Assembly (NCBI GenBank): GCA_018580065.1
Contig: GCA_018580065.1_4845.1
Length of the DNA stretch: 46,716 bases
Direction: 5' to 3' (one strand)
Origin: a phage
Program-made: the position numbers and the translations under genes
In this document: positions 32,456 to 46,080 of the stretch, piece after piece
Layout of the letters: the number at the start of each line of letters is the position of its first letter
How positions within the stretch are numbered: the first letter of the stretch is position 1
Notes under the pieces: model-generated
Seen by the model: only the letters and a program-made list of their open reading frames with translations
Told to the model about the DNA's origin: nothing
Databases searched by the model: none

Positions 32456-32761
32456 ATGGCTAACTTGCAACTTGCCGTCAAAGGCGAATACTTCGACGCC
32501 ATGATTCGTGGAGAGAAAACGGAAGAGTATCGCCTTTTTAATGACTACTGGAAGAAACGCCTTATTAACTTTAAAGATAGCGGACAGATTGGAAGGAAGT
32601 ACGAAAGGTTAATTATCACAAAAGGATATCCAAAGAAGGACGATAAATCCAGGCGCATTGACATCCCATATAATGGATGGACGGTTAAAACCATCACGCA
32701 CCTGCACTTCGGTCCTGACCCAGTGGAAGTGTTCGCAATAAAAGTTAACATCAAAGCATAA
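32456..32761 (+). CDS. ASCH domain protein
   Basis: LQLAVKGEYFDAMIRGEKTEEYR... and ITKGY pattern typical of the ASC-1 homology domain. 101 aa. Confidence 0.6.
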   Translation: MANLQLAVKGEYFDAMIRGEKTEEYRLFNDYWKKRLINFKDSGQIGRKYERLIITKGYPKKDDKSRRIDIPYNGWTVKTITHLHFGPDPVEVFAIKVNIKA

Positions 32762-32765
32762 CAAA

Positions 32766-32790
32766 AAGCCCGCAAACGCGGGATTTATTA
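32766..32790. terminator. rho-independent terminator between convergent genes
   Basis: Stem CCCGC/GCGGG, loop AAAC, T-rich tail. Confidence 0.7.
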
Positions 32791-33030
32791 TTTAACAATC
32801 CATTTTGTAACGGCTGGCCTTAAATCTTCCTTTCTGAAAACGCCACCAGTAAGTCTCTCGGCATCAATTGCTGCTGTAGCGCTAATTCTTCCTCTTGACA
32901 CCCACTGATTGACAGCCTGTTTTGACACACCAAGAAACCTTGCCAGTTGTGATTGCCCTCCAACATAATCAATCAGCTCTGACAGCTTCGTCTGTTCCAT
33001 TTCTCTTATCTGTTCTGCGATGCTTTTCAT
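32788..33030 (-). CDS. Cro/YdaS-like HTH transcriptional regulator
   Basis: 80 aa from MKSIAEQ. GGQSQLARFLGVSKQAVNQWVSRGRIS HTH and ...TGGVFRKEDLRP resemble the YdaS/Cro family. Confidence 0.75.
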   Translation of the reverse strand: MKSIAEQIREMEQTKLSELIDYVGGQSQLARFLGVSKQAVNQWVSRGRISATAAIDAERLTGGVFRKEDLRPAVTKWIVK

Positions 33031-33059
33031 GTGTTTACCTCTGCTATCTGTATGCAGCA

Positions 33060-33088
33060 ATAATGAACTCAAAAAAAATTTTCGTCAA
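33060..33088 (-). promoter_or_regulatory. promoter TTGACG-17-CATTAT for the Cro-like gene
   Basis: Minus strand: TTGACG (33088..33083), 17-nt A/T spacer, CATTAT (33065..33060). Confidence 0.5.
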
Positions 33089-33164
33089 GGTATTGTGTTT
33101 ACCATCACGTTGACGTATCTTTAAGTCACACCAGCGATATGCTGAGTTAAATCGAGGGGACACT

Positions 33165-34007
33165 ATGAGCTTATCAATGATTCAAAAACCAAAACCAGCA
33201 GCGCCAATCATAACATTGGTTGGTACTCCAGGTGTAGGCAAGACAACTCTTGCGGCGCTATTCCCAAACCCAGTGTTTATTCAGGCTGAAGAGATCACTG
33301 GTGTTTTTGATGACTGGGATGATGAAAAGAAACCTGATTCATTTCCTGTTCTGAAGCGCGCTGACGTTAAACGCAAAACAAGCACAAAGGATGATTTGCT
33401 GTCACAGCTACGCGCATTAATTACTGAGGAACATAATTACAAAACGCTTGTAATTGACTCAATCACAAGCCTGCATTCAATGTTTGAGCATGAGGTTTGT
33501 GAAAATTACGGTGTTGACAACGTAGGTTCTGCGGCTGGTGGTTACAACAAAGGATATATTGTTGTTTCTGAAATGCACGCTGAAATAATAAATGCATGTA
33601 AGTATCTTCGCAAAGAAAAAGGGATGAGCATTATTTATCTTGCACACGCAGGTGTTAAAAAGATGAAGAATCGCCCTGATGCTGATGAATACACTGTTTA
33701 CACACTTGACATGCATGACGCTTCAGTTTCTGGTTATGTGAATCTGAGTGATGCTGTTATTTACATCAGGAATGAGGAGTTCGTGAAAGGAACTGAGACT
33801 GATAAGAAAGGTCAGGTGACCAAGTTTGGAAAGGTTGTTCAGACTGGTCAGCGAGTTCTTATCACCTCTGGTGATGGTCGGGTTGGGTATGTTAATGCAA
33901 AAAACAGATATAACCTTGAACCTGAAATTCCTTTTGAAAAAGGTGAGAATCCACTTTTGAGTGAGATTAAATATTATGCATCTCTACGAGATAACCAAAC
34001 AGCTTAA
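33165..34007 (+). CDS. AAA_24 / Sak4-like RecA-type ATPase
   Basis: Walker A LVGTPGVGKTTLA, Walker B LVIDSIT. Typical partner of Gp157-like and SSB genes. Confidence 0.8.
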   Translation: MSLSMIQKPKPAAPIITLVGTPGVGKTTLAALFPNPVFIQAEEITGVFDDWDDEKKPDSFPVLKRADVKRKTSTKDDLLSQLRALITEEHNYKTLVIDSITSLHSMFEHEVCENYGVDNVGSAAGGYNKGYIVVSEMHAEIINACKYLRKEKGMSIIYLAHAGVKKMKNRPDADEYTVYTLDMHDASVSGYVNLSDAVIYIRNEEFVKGTETDKKGQVTKFGKVVQTGQRVLITSGDGRVGYVNAKNRYNLEPEIPFEKGENPLLSEIKYYASLRDNQTA

Positions 34008-34455
34008 TGAACTGCTGGCGATGGAGGATATTCCACGGGAGCAGATTGAAGATACCATAAATCTTATTGAAGAGGAGTTTGAAGGAAAGGCTGAAATGGT
34101 TGCTGCTTACATTCGTGAGCTTGAAGCTGATGATGCCGGACTTAAGTCCGAGATTGACCGTCTTTCTGAGCGTAAGCGTGTTTTAGTTGCGAAGATTGAT
34201 AACCTTAAAGATTATCTTCGTCAAAACATGATGGCGTCAGGAAAGACAGATATCAAAGGTAAGTTGTTCAGTATCACTCTTGGCAAACCGTCACCAGTTC
34301 TTGATGTGTTTGTCCCTGTTGAGCAGCTTCCTGAGCAGTACCGGGTTGTGAAAGTGTCGGCAGATAACGCAGCAATTAAAAATGCGATAAAAGCCGGGAT
34401 TGAAATTAATGGTTGTGCCATCACCGACGGCAAACCAAAACTGATCATCAAATAA
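33976..34455 (+). CDS. Siphovirus Gp157-like protein
   Basis: 159 aa. N-terminal coiled coil plus C-terminal ...P.Y......D...I..A......I.G pattern. Position between Sak4 and SSB as in Gp157 modules. Confidence 0.6.
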   Translation: MHLYEITKQLNELLAMEDIPREQIEDTINLIEEEFEGKAEMVAAYIRELEADDAGLKSEIDRLSERKRVLVAKIDNLKDYLRQNMMASGKTDIKGKLFSITLGKPSPVLDVFVPVEQLPEQYRVVKVSADNAAIKNAIKAGIEINGCAITDGKPKLIIK

Positions 34456-34472
34456 ATCGAGAGGACACAAAA

Positions 34473-34994
34473 ATGGGTTTCTGGAATCTTTCTGACGGTA
34501 AAGCTGTTGAGTCTAAATCTGAATTTGAACTGGGTGGTGGTTTCGAAGTAATTCCTGATGGCAGCCGTGTTCTTGCTGCCGTTGAAGAATGTAAAGACGA
34601 TCAGTGGGAAGGTGAGCGATTCTTCAATCTTAAGTGGCGAATCCTTGAGGGTGATTATAAAAATCGCATCATCTTCCAGAAGCTGAAAGTATTTAGCTCA
34701 AAAGAAAAGCAGCGCGACAATGCTATCACTATGCTTGCAGCAATTGACGCAAACGCCGGTGGCAAGCTGATGGCTTCAGGTAAAGAGCCGACTGATTTTG
34801 CTATTGCTAGTGCGCTTGCAAATCGCCCAATGATTCTTCTTCTTCGCGTTTGGGAGTCTGAGGATAAGCAAAAAACTGGTAACTATGTGGCTGGTGTTTT
34901 CAGTCGTCAACAGACAAAAGCATCACCTACTACTAAGCAATCAGCGCCGTCTAACGAGCCGCCGATGGACTTTGACTCTGACGTGCCGTTTTAA
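34473..34994 (+). CDS. DUF669-type phage ssDNA-binding protein with SSB-like acidic C-terminal tip
   Basis: 173 aa. Ends SNEPPMDFDSDVPF, matching the bacterial SSB C-terminal tip motif. Confidence 0.75.
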   Translation: MGFWNLSDGKAVESKSEFELGGGFEVIPDGSRVLAAVEECKDDQWEGERFFNLKWRILEGDYKNRIIFQKLKVFSSKEKQRDNAITMLAAIDANAGGKLMASGKEPTDFAIASALANRPMILLLRVWESEDKQKTGNYVAGVFSRQQTKASPTTKQSAPSNEPPMDFDSDVPF

Positions 34995-35016
34995 TGACTT
35001 GATATTTATTTAAATA

Positions 35017-35040
35017 AAGCCCCTTAACGGGGCTTTTAAT
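35017..35040 (+). terminator. rho-independent terminator
   Basis: Stem GCCCC/GGGGC, loop TTAAC, T4. Confidence 0.65.
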
Positions 35041-35051
35041 TGGTGGTTTAT

Positions 35052-35426
35052 ATGTACGAAGTTATCTGTGATTACTGCAATATTGCGACAAGACTAGCCA
35101 AAGGGAGTGAAATTTACCCACACAGACCAGACCTTTCGTCTCTTAATTTTTATCTGTGTGATTCTTGTGGTGCTTATGTTGGTTGCCATAAAAATGGTGA
35201 TGGTAAAAGGCCACTTGGGCGTGTGGCTAATGAAGAATTAAGGAAGGCAAAAAGCAAAGCCCATGCTGCATTTGATCCATTATGGAAATCAGGAAAAATG
35301 TCAAGAGGCTCTGCTTATTCTGCATTAGCTAGTTCGATGGGAATAAGAAAAGAGAAGTGTCACATAGGAATGTTTGATGTTAAGCAGTGCGAGCATGTTG
35401 TCGAGTGGTGCAAGGAGTTTGACTGA
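35052..35426 (+). CDS. DUF3268-like zinc-finger protein
   Basis: CDYC...YLCDSCGAYVGCH...PLGRVAN.ELR.AK..AH..FD.LW pattern. Confidence 0.6.
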   Translation: MYEVICDYCNIATRLAKGSEIYPHRPDLSSLNFYLCDSCGAYVGCHKNGDGKRPLGRVANEELRKAKSKAHAAFDPLWKSGKMSRGSAYSALASSMGIRKEKCHIGMFDVKQCEHVVEWCKEFD

Positions 35427-37291
35427 TGAAATACACACTAAGGCCATACCAACAGGAAGCTGTTGATTCAGCTATGGCACACATTCGCAGCACAATCTCA
35501 TCATGCGTTATCATCCTGCCTACAGGTGCAGGAAAATCTATGGTTGTAGCAGAACTTGCATCTCGTATTTATGGTATGAGCAAAAAGCGAGTTTTGTGCA
35601 TTGCTCCCACGGCGGAACTCGTCACACAAAATCGCGCTAAATATCTTCTCACCGGAGAACCAGCCAGCATGTTCAGTGCAAAGGCTGGCCCCAAAAACCT
35701 GCGTCATCCGGTGGTGTTTGGTTCACCAGTTACAATCAAGAACTCAATAGAGATGTTTGGTGATAAGTATGGTGCTGTCATTATTGATGAGTGCGATGGA
35801 ATAACACCAACCATTAAATTTATTATTAATGAAATGAAGCGTCGCAATCCAAAACTGCGTGTTATTGGAATGACCGCTACGCCTTATCGCCTTGGAACTG
35901 GATACATCTACAAAGAGCATTACCTCGACGGTCCTACAGATGAAGAAACAGCCATAGACCCATATTACGACAAAGTCGTTTATGAGCTTGAGGCGAAATT
36001 CCTCATTGAAAACGGATACCTTACGCCTCCAGTAACAGAGCCTGTTTTTGACGAGTATGATACGTCTTGTCTTGAAAAAGATAAGTTGGGTCGGTACACG
36101 ACGGCTTCAGTGGAAAAGGCGATGGTTGGCAAAGGAAGGAAAACATCACGTATTGTTGAAGATATTATCCGTCGCTCTGTTAATCGGCGCGGAACGATGA
36201 TTTTTGCCAGCACCAAAAAACACGCTATGGAGATAATGGAGTCACTTCCTCCCGGTTCTTATAGTTATGTTTTTGGTGACATGCCGACAGCTGAACGCAA
36301 TAAGGCAATATCAGACTTCAAGGCGCAAAAAGTTAAATACATCGTTAACCAAAATATACTTACTGTAGGGGTTGATGTTCCTCATTGTGATCACATAGCA
36401 GTAATGAGAGCCACAGAATCACCAAGGCTCTATCAGCAAATAATTGGCAGGGGGACGCGTCTTTATGAAGGAAAGGAAGACTTTCTTGTCAGCGATTACG
36501 CAGGCAACATTCAGCGCCACTTTTCTGAGACTGGGGACTTGTTCACTCCAGAAATAAAAGCAACAAGGAAAAAACCATCCGTGCCAATGGATGTCAAATG
36601 CCCTCTTTGTGGCTTTATTAATGAATTTGGTGTGCGCCCAAATCCTGAAAATCTTGAAGTTGACAAGGAAGGTTACTGGCTGGATTTGGCGGGTGACAGA
36701 GTAATGATTGATATTTTTGATAAGTCAGGTGAAAAGATTGGAAGCAAGCCTATGCCTGCTCATTTTGGTAGGCGGTGTAAAAACTACGTTATGCATGGAC
36801 CACTAAGGGAAATGCATAGGTGTACTTATAAATGGTCGGTAAAGGAGTGTCCTGATTGTGGGTTTGAAAATGATATAGCGGCAAGAAACTGCACATCATG
36901 CGGAGCTGAAATCATTGACCCCAACCAAAAGCTAAAAGAAGAAGCTGACAGGCTTGATTCCTCTCCTTATGCAACCAAGCAATCAAACGTAACCATGATG
37001 AACATCATGAAGCATTACGTTTCAAGCGGTGAAGATTTGGTACACGTAAAATTTGCTATTGAACATAAACCATTTTTTGTTAGTAAGTTCTACAATCCAA
37101 ACTCTGAGAAGGGATGGATGAAGAAGGAGTGGGAAGAATTTTGTGAGAAGTGCTTTGGTGAACATAACATGTCAATTGATGATGCAATAGCAAAAAGAGA
37201 TGAGGCTGTCGCGCCATCAGTGATTATGTTCAGAAGAGACAAGGGTAGTAAATATTTCAACGTTAAAGGCATGTATTGGGGGGTATTATGA
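35426..37291 (+). CDS. SF2 DEAD/DEAH-box DNA helicase with C-terminal zinc ribbons
   Basis: RPYQ, PTGAGKS (Walker A), DECD, TATP motifs. CPLCG and CPDCG...CTSCG ribbons. Confidence 0.9.
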   Translation: MKYTLRPYQQEAVDSAMAHIRSTISSCVIILPTGAGKSMVVAELASRIYGMSKKRVLCIAPTAELVTQNRAKYLLTGEPASMFSAKAGPKNLRHPVVFGSPVTIKNSIEMFGDKYGAVIIDECDGITPTIKFIINEMKRRNPKLRVIGMTATPYRLGTGYIYKEHYLDGPTDEETAIDPYYDKVVYELEAKFLIENGYLTPPVTEPVFDEYDTSCLEKDKLGRYTTASVEKAMVGKGRKTSRIVEDIIRRSVNRRGTMIFASTKKHAMEIMESLPPGSYSYVFGDMPTAERNKAISDFKAQKVKYIVNQNILTVGVDVPHCDHIAVMRATESPRLYQQIIGRGTRLYEGKEDFLVSDYAGNIQRHFSETGDLFTPEIKATRKKPSVPMDVKCPLCGFINEFGVRPNPENLEVDKEGYWLDLAGDRVMIDIFDKSGEKIGSKPMPAHFGRRCKNYVMHGPLREMHRCTYKWSVKECPDCGFENDIAARNCTSCGAEIIDPNQKLKEEADRLDSSPYATKQSNVTMMNIMKHYVSSGEDLVHVKFAIEHKPFFVSKFYNPNSEKGWMKKEWEEFCEKCFGEHNMSIDDAIAKRDEAVAPSVIMFRRDKGSKYFNVKGMYWGVL

Positions 37292-37743
37292 TTTTTCCAG
37301 AAGGCGTTAAGGTATATGGTGATTTAGATTACAGAAACAAAAAGTGCCCGTCAGAAGATGCTGAGCTTGAGACTTTTGTGAATCAGATAAGGAAGCTATA
37401 TCCTGACTTTGCAAGAGTTATGATTCATGTACCAAATGAAGGAAAGCGTAAAGGGTATGAAGTTGAAAACCTGAAGAAAAAAGGCGCGCTAAACTTCGGG
37501 GCGTCAGACATCATTATCATCGGAAAGCAATCATTCGTTATGGAGATGAAAAGAATGGATCATACTTTATCAAAATGGCAGCCCGGTCAAATGGCATACC
37601 TAAAGGCGGCAAAAGAATTAGGTTCCTTCGCGTGTGTATGCCTTGGCTGGGAAGCTGCAATGATGGCATTTAACGACTGGAGAGCAATGAATTACCCAAA
37701 CTATAAGAAACCATCAGAGCCATTGATATTTGATGGTTTTTAG
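37288..37743 (+). CDS. VRR-NUC domain nuclease
   Basis: 151 aa. GASDIIIIGK...VMEMKR (D...E.K) PD-(D/E)xK core typical of VRR-NUC. ATGA coupling to the helicase gene. Ends at TAG 37741-37743. Confidence 0.8.
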   Translation: MIFPEGVKVYGDLDYRNKKCPSEDAELETFVNQIRKLYPDFARVMIHVPNEGKRKGYEVENLKKKGALNFGASDIIIIGKQSFVMEMKRMDHTLSKWQPGQMAYLKAAKELGSFACVCLGWEAAMMAFNDWRAMNYPNYKKPSEPLIFDGF

Positions 37744-37860
37744 CAACCACGCCAGCAATCAGGCCAACAACCGCAAAGACAACAGCAGCCACCAAAACAA
37801 CAAAGACCACAAGGAGGCAATGAGCCTCCGATTGACTTCGACGATTCGATACCCTTCTAG
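37744..37860 (+). other. in-frame SSB C-terminal tail coding segment downstream of the VRR-NUC TAG stop
   Basis: Same frame as VRR-NUC. Translates QPRQQSGQQPQRQQQPPKQQRPQGGNEPPIDFDDSIPF-stop. No in-frame start codon. Lies before the terminator. Confidence 0.6.
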
Positions 37861-37865
37861 ATGAT

Positions 37866-37897
37866 AAAACCAACCCCGCCGAAGCGGGGTTGGTTTT
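37866..37897. terminator. strong bidirectional rho-independent terminator
   Basis: 14-bp perfect stem AAAACCAACCCCGC/GCGGGGTTGGTTTT, loop CGAA. Confidence 0.9.
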
Positions 37898-37986
37898 CCA
37901 TTGTTTAATCACCATCCATTCGCCAACAAGCGGGTCAGTTACGGAGAGATAAGCCACAGTCAGCCCATGAATATCCACACTAAGCA

Positions 37987-39897
37987 TTAAGCGCCCTTCA
38001 TCACAGCATACTGGCCCAGGGAGGCACGCACCACCGTGAACTCCGCAGCAGACAGGGGTGGAATAGCATACGGGTTATTAACTCCAAGGCCCAGAATCTG
38101 CTGCCCAATCACAGGGTAGACGTTCACAGTGTGCGCTGTACCATTATAAATAATCACACTGTAACCATCACCTGCATCAGTAGTACTGGTAAGTTTAACA
38201 CCAGTACCGGCGCTCCCTGATTCCACAAACACGCGACTAGCGGTATTACCATACCCAGTAGCAGTTGCCTGATCACCACCTGCCGCTGTAACTACGGCAA
38301 TGGGTACATTGTCAGCTTTAACCACTTTACGCACAATCTGAGCTTTACCGCCGGATACAACCACGTCCAGATCATCCGTAGCATGTGGAGTGCCCTGCAC
38401 TGCTACGTGCGTAGTGCTAGCGGTATAGCCTCGGATACGAATACTATTGTAACCGGCGCTATCCCCTACGTACAGCGTGCCACCATCTTGACCATTAGCG
38501 ATACAGTCAATCACGGAGCCAGACACACCACCAAAGCCTCCGGCCAGTTGCACACCAATCGCCGGTGGTAGACCAATTCCTTTGTACTCCTCACCGATGT
38601 AGCAGGATATGCGAGCGTTAGAGCCTGCTAGGACAATGTTTGCACCGGACCACGGGTAGTAGACCTTACAGGACTCACTCAGGGTAAAGTTGTTAGCCTC
38701 TACAAATACGTTTGTATCAGCTCCCTCGAAGTGTGAGGTGTCGAACTCATTACCCTCTGCTGGGCGGGATACCTTGAGAGCATACTTAGAACGAGCATCA
38801 TCAGCACTAGTCCAGCAGTGTACGCCTGACCAACGGGCATTACCGCGCTCAAGCCACAGACCGGAGTAGGTGCTAGCCGTATTCTGACCGGAGCTGATAA
38901 TAATGATATCGGAGCACACACTGTCATGTGGTCCTGCAAAGCGCCATCCGTCCTCGCCAGATTTATCAATAAGAATATTTTTGAAGGAGCCCTCCATACC
39001 ACCGCTGGCGTTACCTGAGTCGGCCCACTCGGTGCGCATACCGTTACGACCGCAGTTGATGATATTGACGCCCTCTACGCGGATACGGAAGCCATACAGG
39101 GCGATACCAGAACCGGTAGCATTGTTGGCCTTGTTCCCGTCGATGGTGAGGTTCTTAATGATAGTACCATCTACACCACCCAGGGACTGTGTGCCCCACA
39201 GGGCATCAGCACCATCGCTGTAGATACAGGCTGCGTTAGTCCCGTTCTTCAGCTTCAGGAACGAGCGCTCCTGCCCAACACCTTGGATAGTAGTCTTGGA
39301 GTAAACAGTCAGCCTGCCAACCAGAGTAGTACCCTCTGGTACACGGCAGGGTTTACCTGTAAGTTTGTTCTCATTAATGGCAGCCTGGAAGTTAGCGGTA
39401 TCGTCGGTTACACCATCACACTTACAACCCCACCCGCGAATATCACCCTCATCACGCCAGCGTTGAATCTGAATTGATGGAATCAGTTTATAACCATCGT
39501 TTGATGCCAATTCCGTTCTCAATGATGCATCACCAACACTAATCCACGCGCCAAAACCAACTCCGCCGGAATTTTCAGGAGTTGAAGCGGCAGAAACGGT
39601 TTTAGGAAATTCACCATCCCAGCGGTAATATTCTCCAGTGGATTCGTATCGCAATACCTGATTAGGCAATGTCAGCGTTGCGCCATCCTCGAAGCTATCC
39701 ATTGTGATATATCCATAGTTACGAATAGCTTCTTCTGCTGTGTATTGGAACCCAGCAATTGTCCAGCGGCGCACTCCGAATCTGTCGGTATAGTAATGCG
39801 CGTCAGATGTCACTACCTCGTCAATCTTACCAGCATTAAATTTCAGGTCGCGCGGGTCTTCTGACGGAATTGGTTTATTCGTTGGTGTGGTAGCCAT
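37987..39897 (-). CDS. tailspike, pectate-lyase-like beta-helix
   Basis: 636 aa. GWGCKCDGVTDDTANFQAAIN motif of the pectate_lyase_3 type. Gly/Ser/Thr-rich repeats. Conserved-looking N-terminal adaptor domain. Confidence 0.85.
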   Translation of the reverse strand: MATTPTNKPIPSEDPRDLKFNAGKIDEVVTSDAHYYTDRFGVRRWTIAGFQYTAEEAIRNYGYITMDSFEDGATLTLPNQVLRYESTGEYYRWDGEFPKTVSAASTPENSGGVGFGAWISVGDASLRTELASNDGYKLIPSIQIQRWRDEGDIRGWGCKCDGVTDDTANFQAAINENKLTGKPCRVPEGTTLVGRLTVYSKTTIQGVGQERSFLKLKNGTNAACIYSDGADALWGTQSLGGVDGTIIKNLTIDGNKANNATGSGIALYGFRIRVEGVNIINCGRNGMRTEWADSGNASGGMEGSFKNILIDKSGEDGWRFAGPHDSVCSDIIIISSGQNTASTYSGLWLERGNARWSGVHCWTSADDARSKYALKVSRPAEGNEFDTSHFEGADTNVFVEANNFTLSESCKVYYPWSGANIVLAGSNARISCYIGEEYKGIGLPPAIGVQLAGGFGGVSGSVIDCIANGQDGGTLYVGDSAGYNSIRIRGYTASTTHVAVQGTPHATDDLDVVVSGGKAQIVRKVVKADNVPIAVVTAAGGDQATATGYGNTASRVFVESGSAGTGVKLTSTTDAGDGYSVIIYNGTAHTVNVYPVIGQQILGLGVNNPYAIPPLSAAEFTVVRASLGQYAVMKGA

Positions 39898-39932
39898 TAT
39901 AATAAATGCTCCTTTGTGAATTTGATGTATAT

Positions 39933-43737
<3,805 letters not shown>

Positions 43738-43738
<1 letters not shown>

Positions 43739-46080
43739 TATTCGGTTGCTCTCCGGTTTGCGTTATAGTTTCTGCCAATACTTTGCCCGATTGGTCCATT
43801 GTTCTCAATGTCGCTAACAATGGTCTCAATTGTCACGCTGCCGTCACCATTATCTCTGGCGCTGCTGCTAACCTGCGCTGAGCTGTTATTGATGATGCTA
43901 TTATAAACCACGACGCCACTACCACCTCCGGTAATGTCTTTGTTGCTGATAACGCGACCACTATCGCCCGGTATCATGTACTGGTGACCGTTTGATGCCC
44001 GGAATATCTCAGGCAGGTTATTCTCTCCGACACGGTACATTGAACCTTCCTGTGCGGGGCCACCGTTTTTAAGCGCGCCAGCAATGGATAGTGTTTTTGC
44101 AAGACCAACTGTTGCTGACATTCCTGCCATAGCTGGTGCTGAGTTTGTACCTGCGGTGGCGAGAGAAGTCATTGCTGCTGCTGGAGCCATCGCGGCTGAT
44201 ATCGCTGCCGCCTGAGCCATTGTTGCTGCTGATGCTGCTGCCATTCCAGCCTGACCCATGATTACTGACTGCGCCCACTGGATACCCATTTGAACGAAAG
44301 CATTAATAACGCTGGACAGGATGTTTGAACCAACTGAACGAAGCGCATCTGATACAGACATTGAGCCAGTGAGGATGCCAGTAAGCGCATTTCCAGCGGT
44401 CTGCCCAAAAGCATCAAACGCCGCAGCGGCCGCCTGTGTTGCTGCATTCTGTTGCGACCACTCAGACCACATAGCCTCAAGTCGTTTTTGTCTGTATTGT
44501 TCTTCAATGGTGGCTCTTGTTTGCTGTATCTCTGCCATTTTTTGCGGATACGCCTTGGCATACGCATCCAAATCAGCCATATCTTTTTGATATGACGTTT
44601 CAACAGCAAACATTGGTGAGGTTTGTGATTTTAATGCGCTGTAACCTTTTACTGCATCTATCCTTTTCTTCTCAGCCGCTGCCTGCTCCTTCAGTGCATT
44701 CTTCTGGTCCCAAATCTTAGCGGCGTACTCACCAGCCAGTTTTATTTGCTCCTGAGTGGCGGCCTTGCCAAGCGATTGCTGCGCGTTGAGGATTGCCTGT
44801 TCGCGGGATAACTCGCTGGTAGATGTGGCATTGAGCATGGTTTGCTGGCGTAATTTCTCCAGCTTTTCAGCTACTGATTCAGCTTGTCTTTCTTCGGCGC
44901 TTTTGCCCTTTCCTTTTCCTTTTTTGTCTTTGGTTGGTGCTTGTGCAATCTTCAGGTGTTTTGTTGCTTCAGCCTGTTTCTTTGTCTGCTCGTAACCTTC
45001 TGCTGATGCCTTAACGAATCGCTCAACCTGATCGTTATATTGTTTTTGCTTTTCAATATCGTCATCACCAAAAAGCGCATCAACTCCCATTTGCGCCCAC
45101 GCACCCGGATTTAACTTCGATATAACCGTGGCGAGAGATAAAACCTTATCGCTTGTGCTGGTCGATTTATCACCAAGAAAATCAATGTATTTTGCTAGCT
45201 GGTCGATAATCTCTACCGCTGTTTTTGATGCGCCAGTCGCATCGTTAACAGCAACCACAAGTTTGGAGAATGAAACCTCGAGAGAGCCTACGGCCTGATC
45301 CATTGTGCGAGGAAGTTTTTCAAACTCAGCATTGACGACGCTTGTTCTGTCCTGAATGGCATTTAGCGCATCTTCTGCTGTCAGTTTGCCATCGAGCATT
45401 CTGGCTCGAAGCTCACCCATTGAAATGCCAAGCCCCGCCGCAATTTGGCGTGCAAGTTCAGGCATCTGCTCAAGGATGGAGTTGAACTCTTCCGCACGTA
45501 TTGTGCCAGATGCGATTGACTGACCGAACTGACGTAATGCGTTCGCCATTTCTTCGGTTGATGACCCACCGATTCGACCTATTTTTTGCAGGGTGTCTGT
45601 AAGGTTAAGAACTTGCGCATTTGTTGCGCCAGCCTCTTTCAGTGATGATGTTAATGTCTCCCACAGCTTCGTGGTGTCACTGAGGCTTGCGCCAGTTGTT
45701 GAGGCGATATTTGCCAGTGTGCTGAATGTTTCGTTCGCGGTTTTCGCATCAGTTGACAAGCGAGCAATCCTTGCCTGAAGTTGTGTCATGTTATCGGCAA
45801 CCTCAAGGAATCGCTTTCCCCATTCGATAATCAGTGACACGGATATTGCGCCAGCCAGCATCGACATACTGGTCTTGAGTCCTGAAGCTGCGCCGCCAGC
45901 ATTCTTCATTCCGCTGCCAGCATTTCTGGCGTTTTTATCCAGCTTACCAAGCGCGCTTGTGGTTTTGTTGGTTGATGATTCAAGGTCATCTAAAGTCTTA
46001 TTGGCTGTTGTCGCGCCAGCTTTCAGGCCTTTAACATCCATCCCGACTTCATAGACAATTCCGCCGACTTCTTCAGCCAT
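43738..46080 (-). CDS. tail tape measure protein
   Basis: 780 aa, Ala/Gln/Gly-rich, long helical segments, hydrophobic GMAAASAATMAQAAAISAAMAPAAAM stretch. Confidence 0.9.

Noticed and set aside
33110-33138. TTGACG-based promoter for the Sak4-like operon.
   Set aside because: Not reported as a feature because no acceptable -10 lies 17 nt downstream (AGCGAT). An alternative TTGTGT-17-TATCTT (33093-33121) is equally weak, so the start of this operon's transcription is unresolved.
37670-37987. 105-aa minus-strand ORF starting with a TAATG overlap at the tailspike stop.
   Set aside because: It reads straight through the 14-bp-stem bidirectional terminator (37866-37897) and is antisense to the VRR-NUC 3' end and the SSB-tail segment. 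A transcript ending at the terminator would lack its stop codon.
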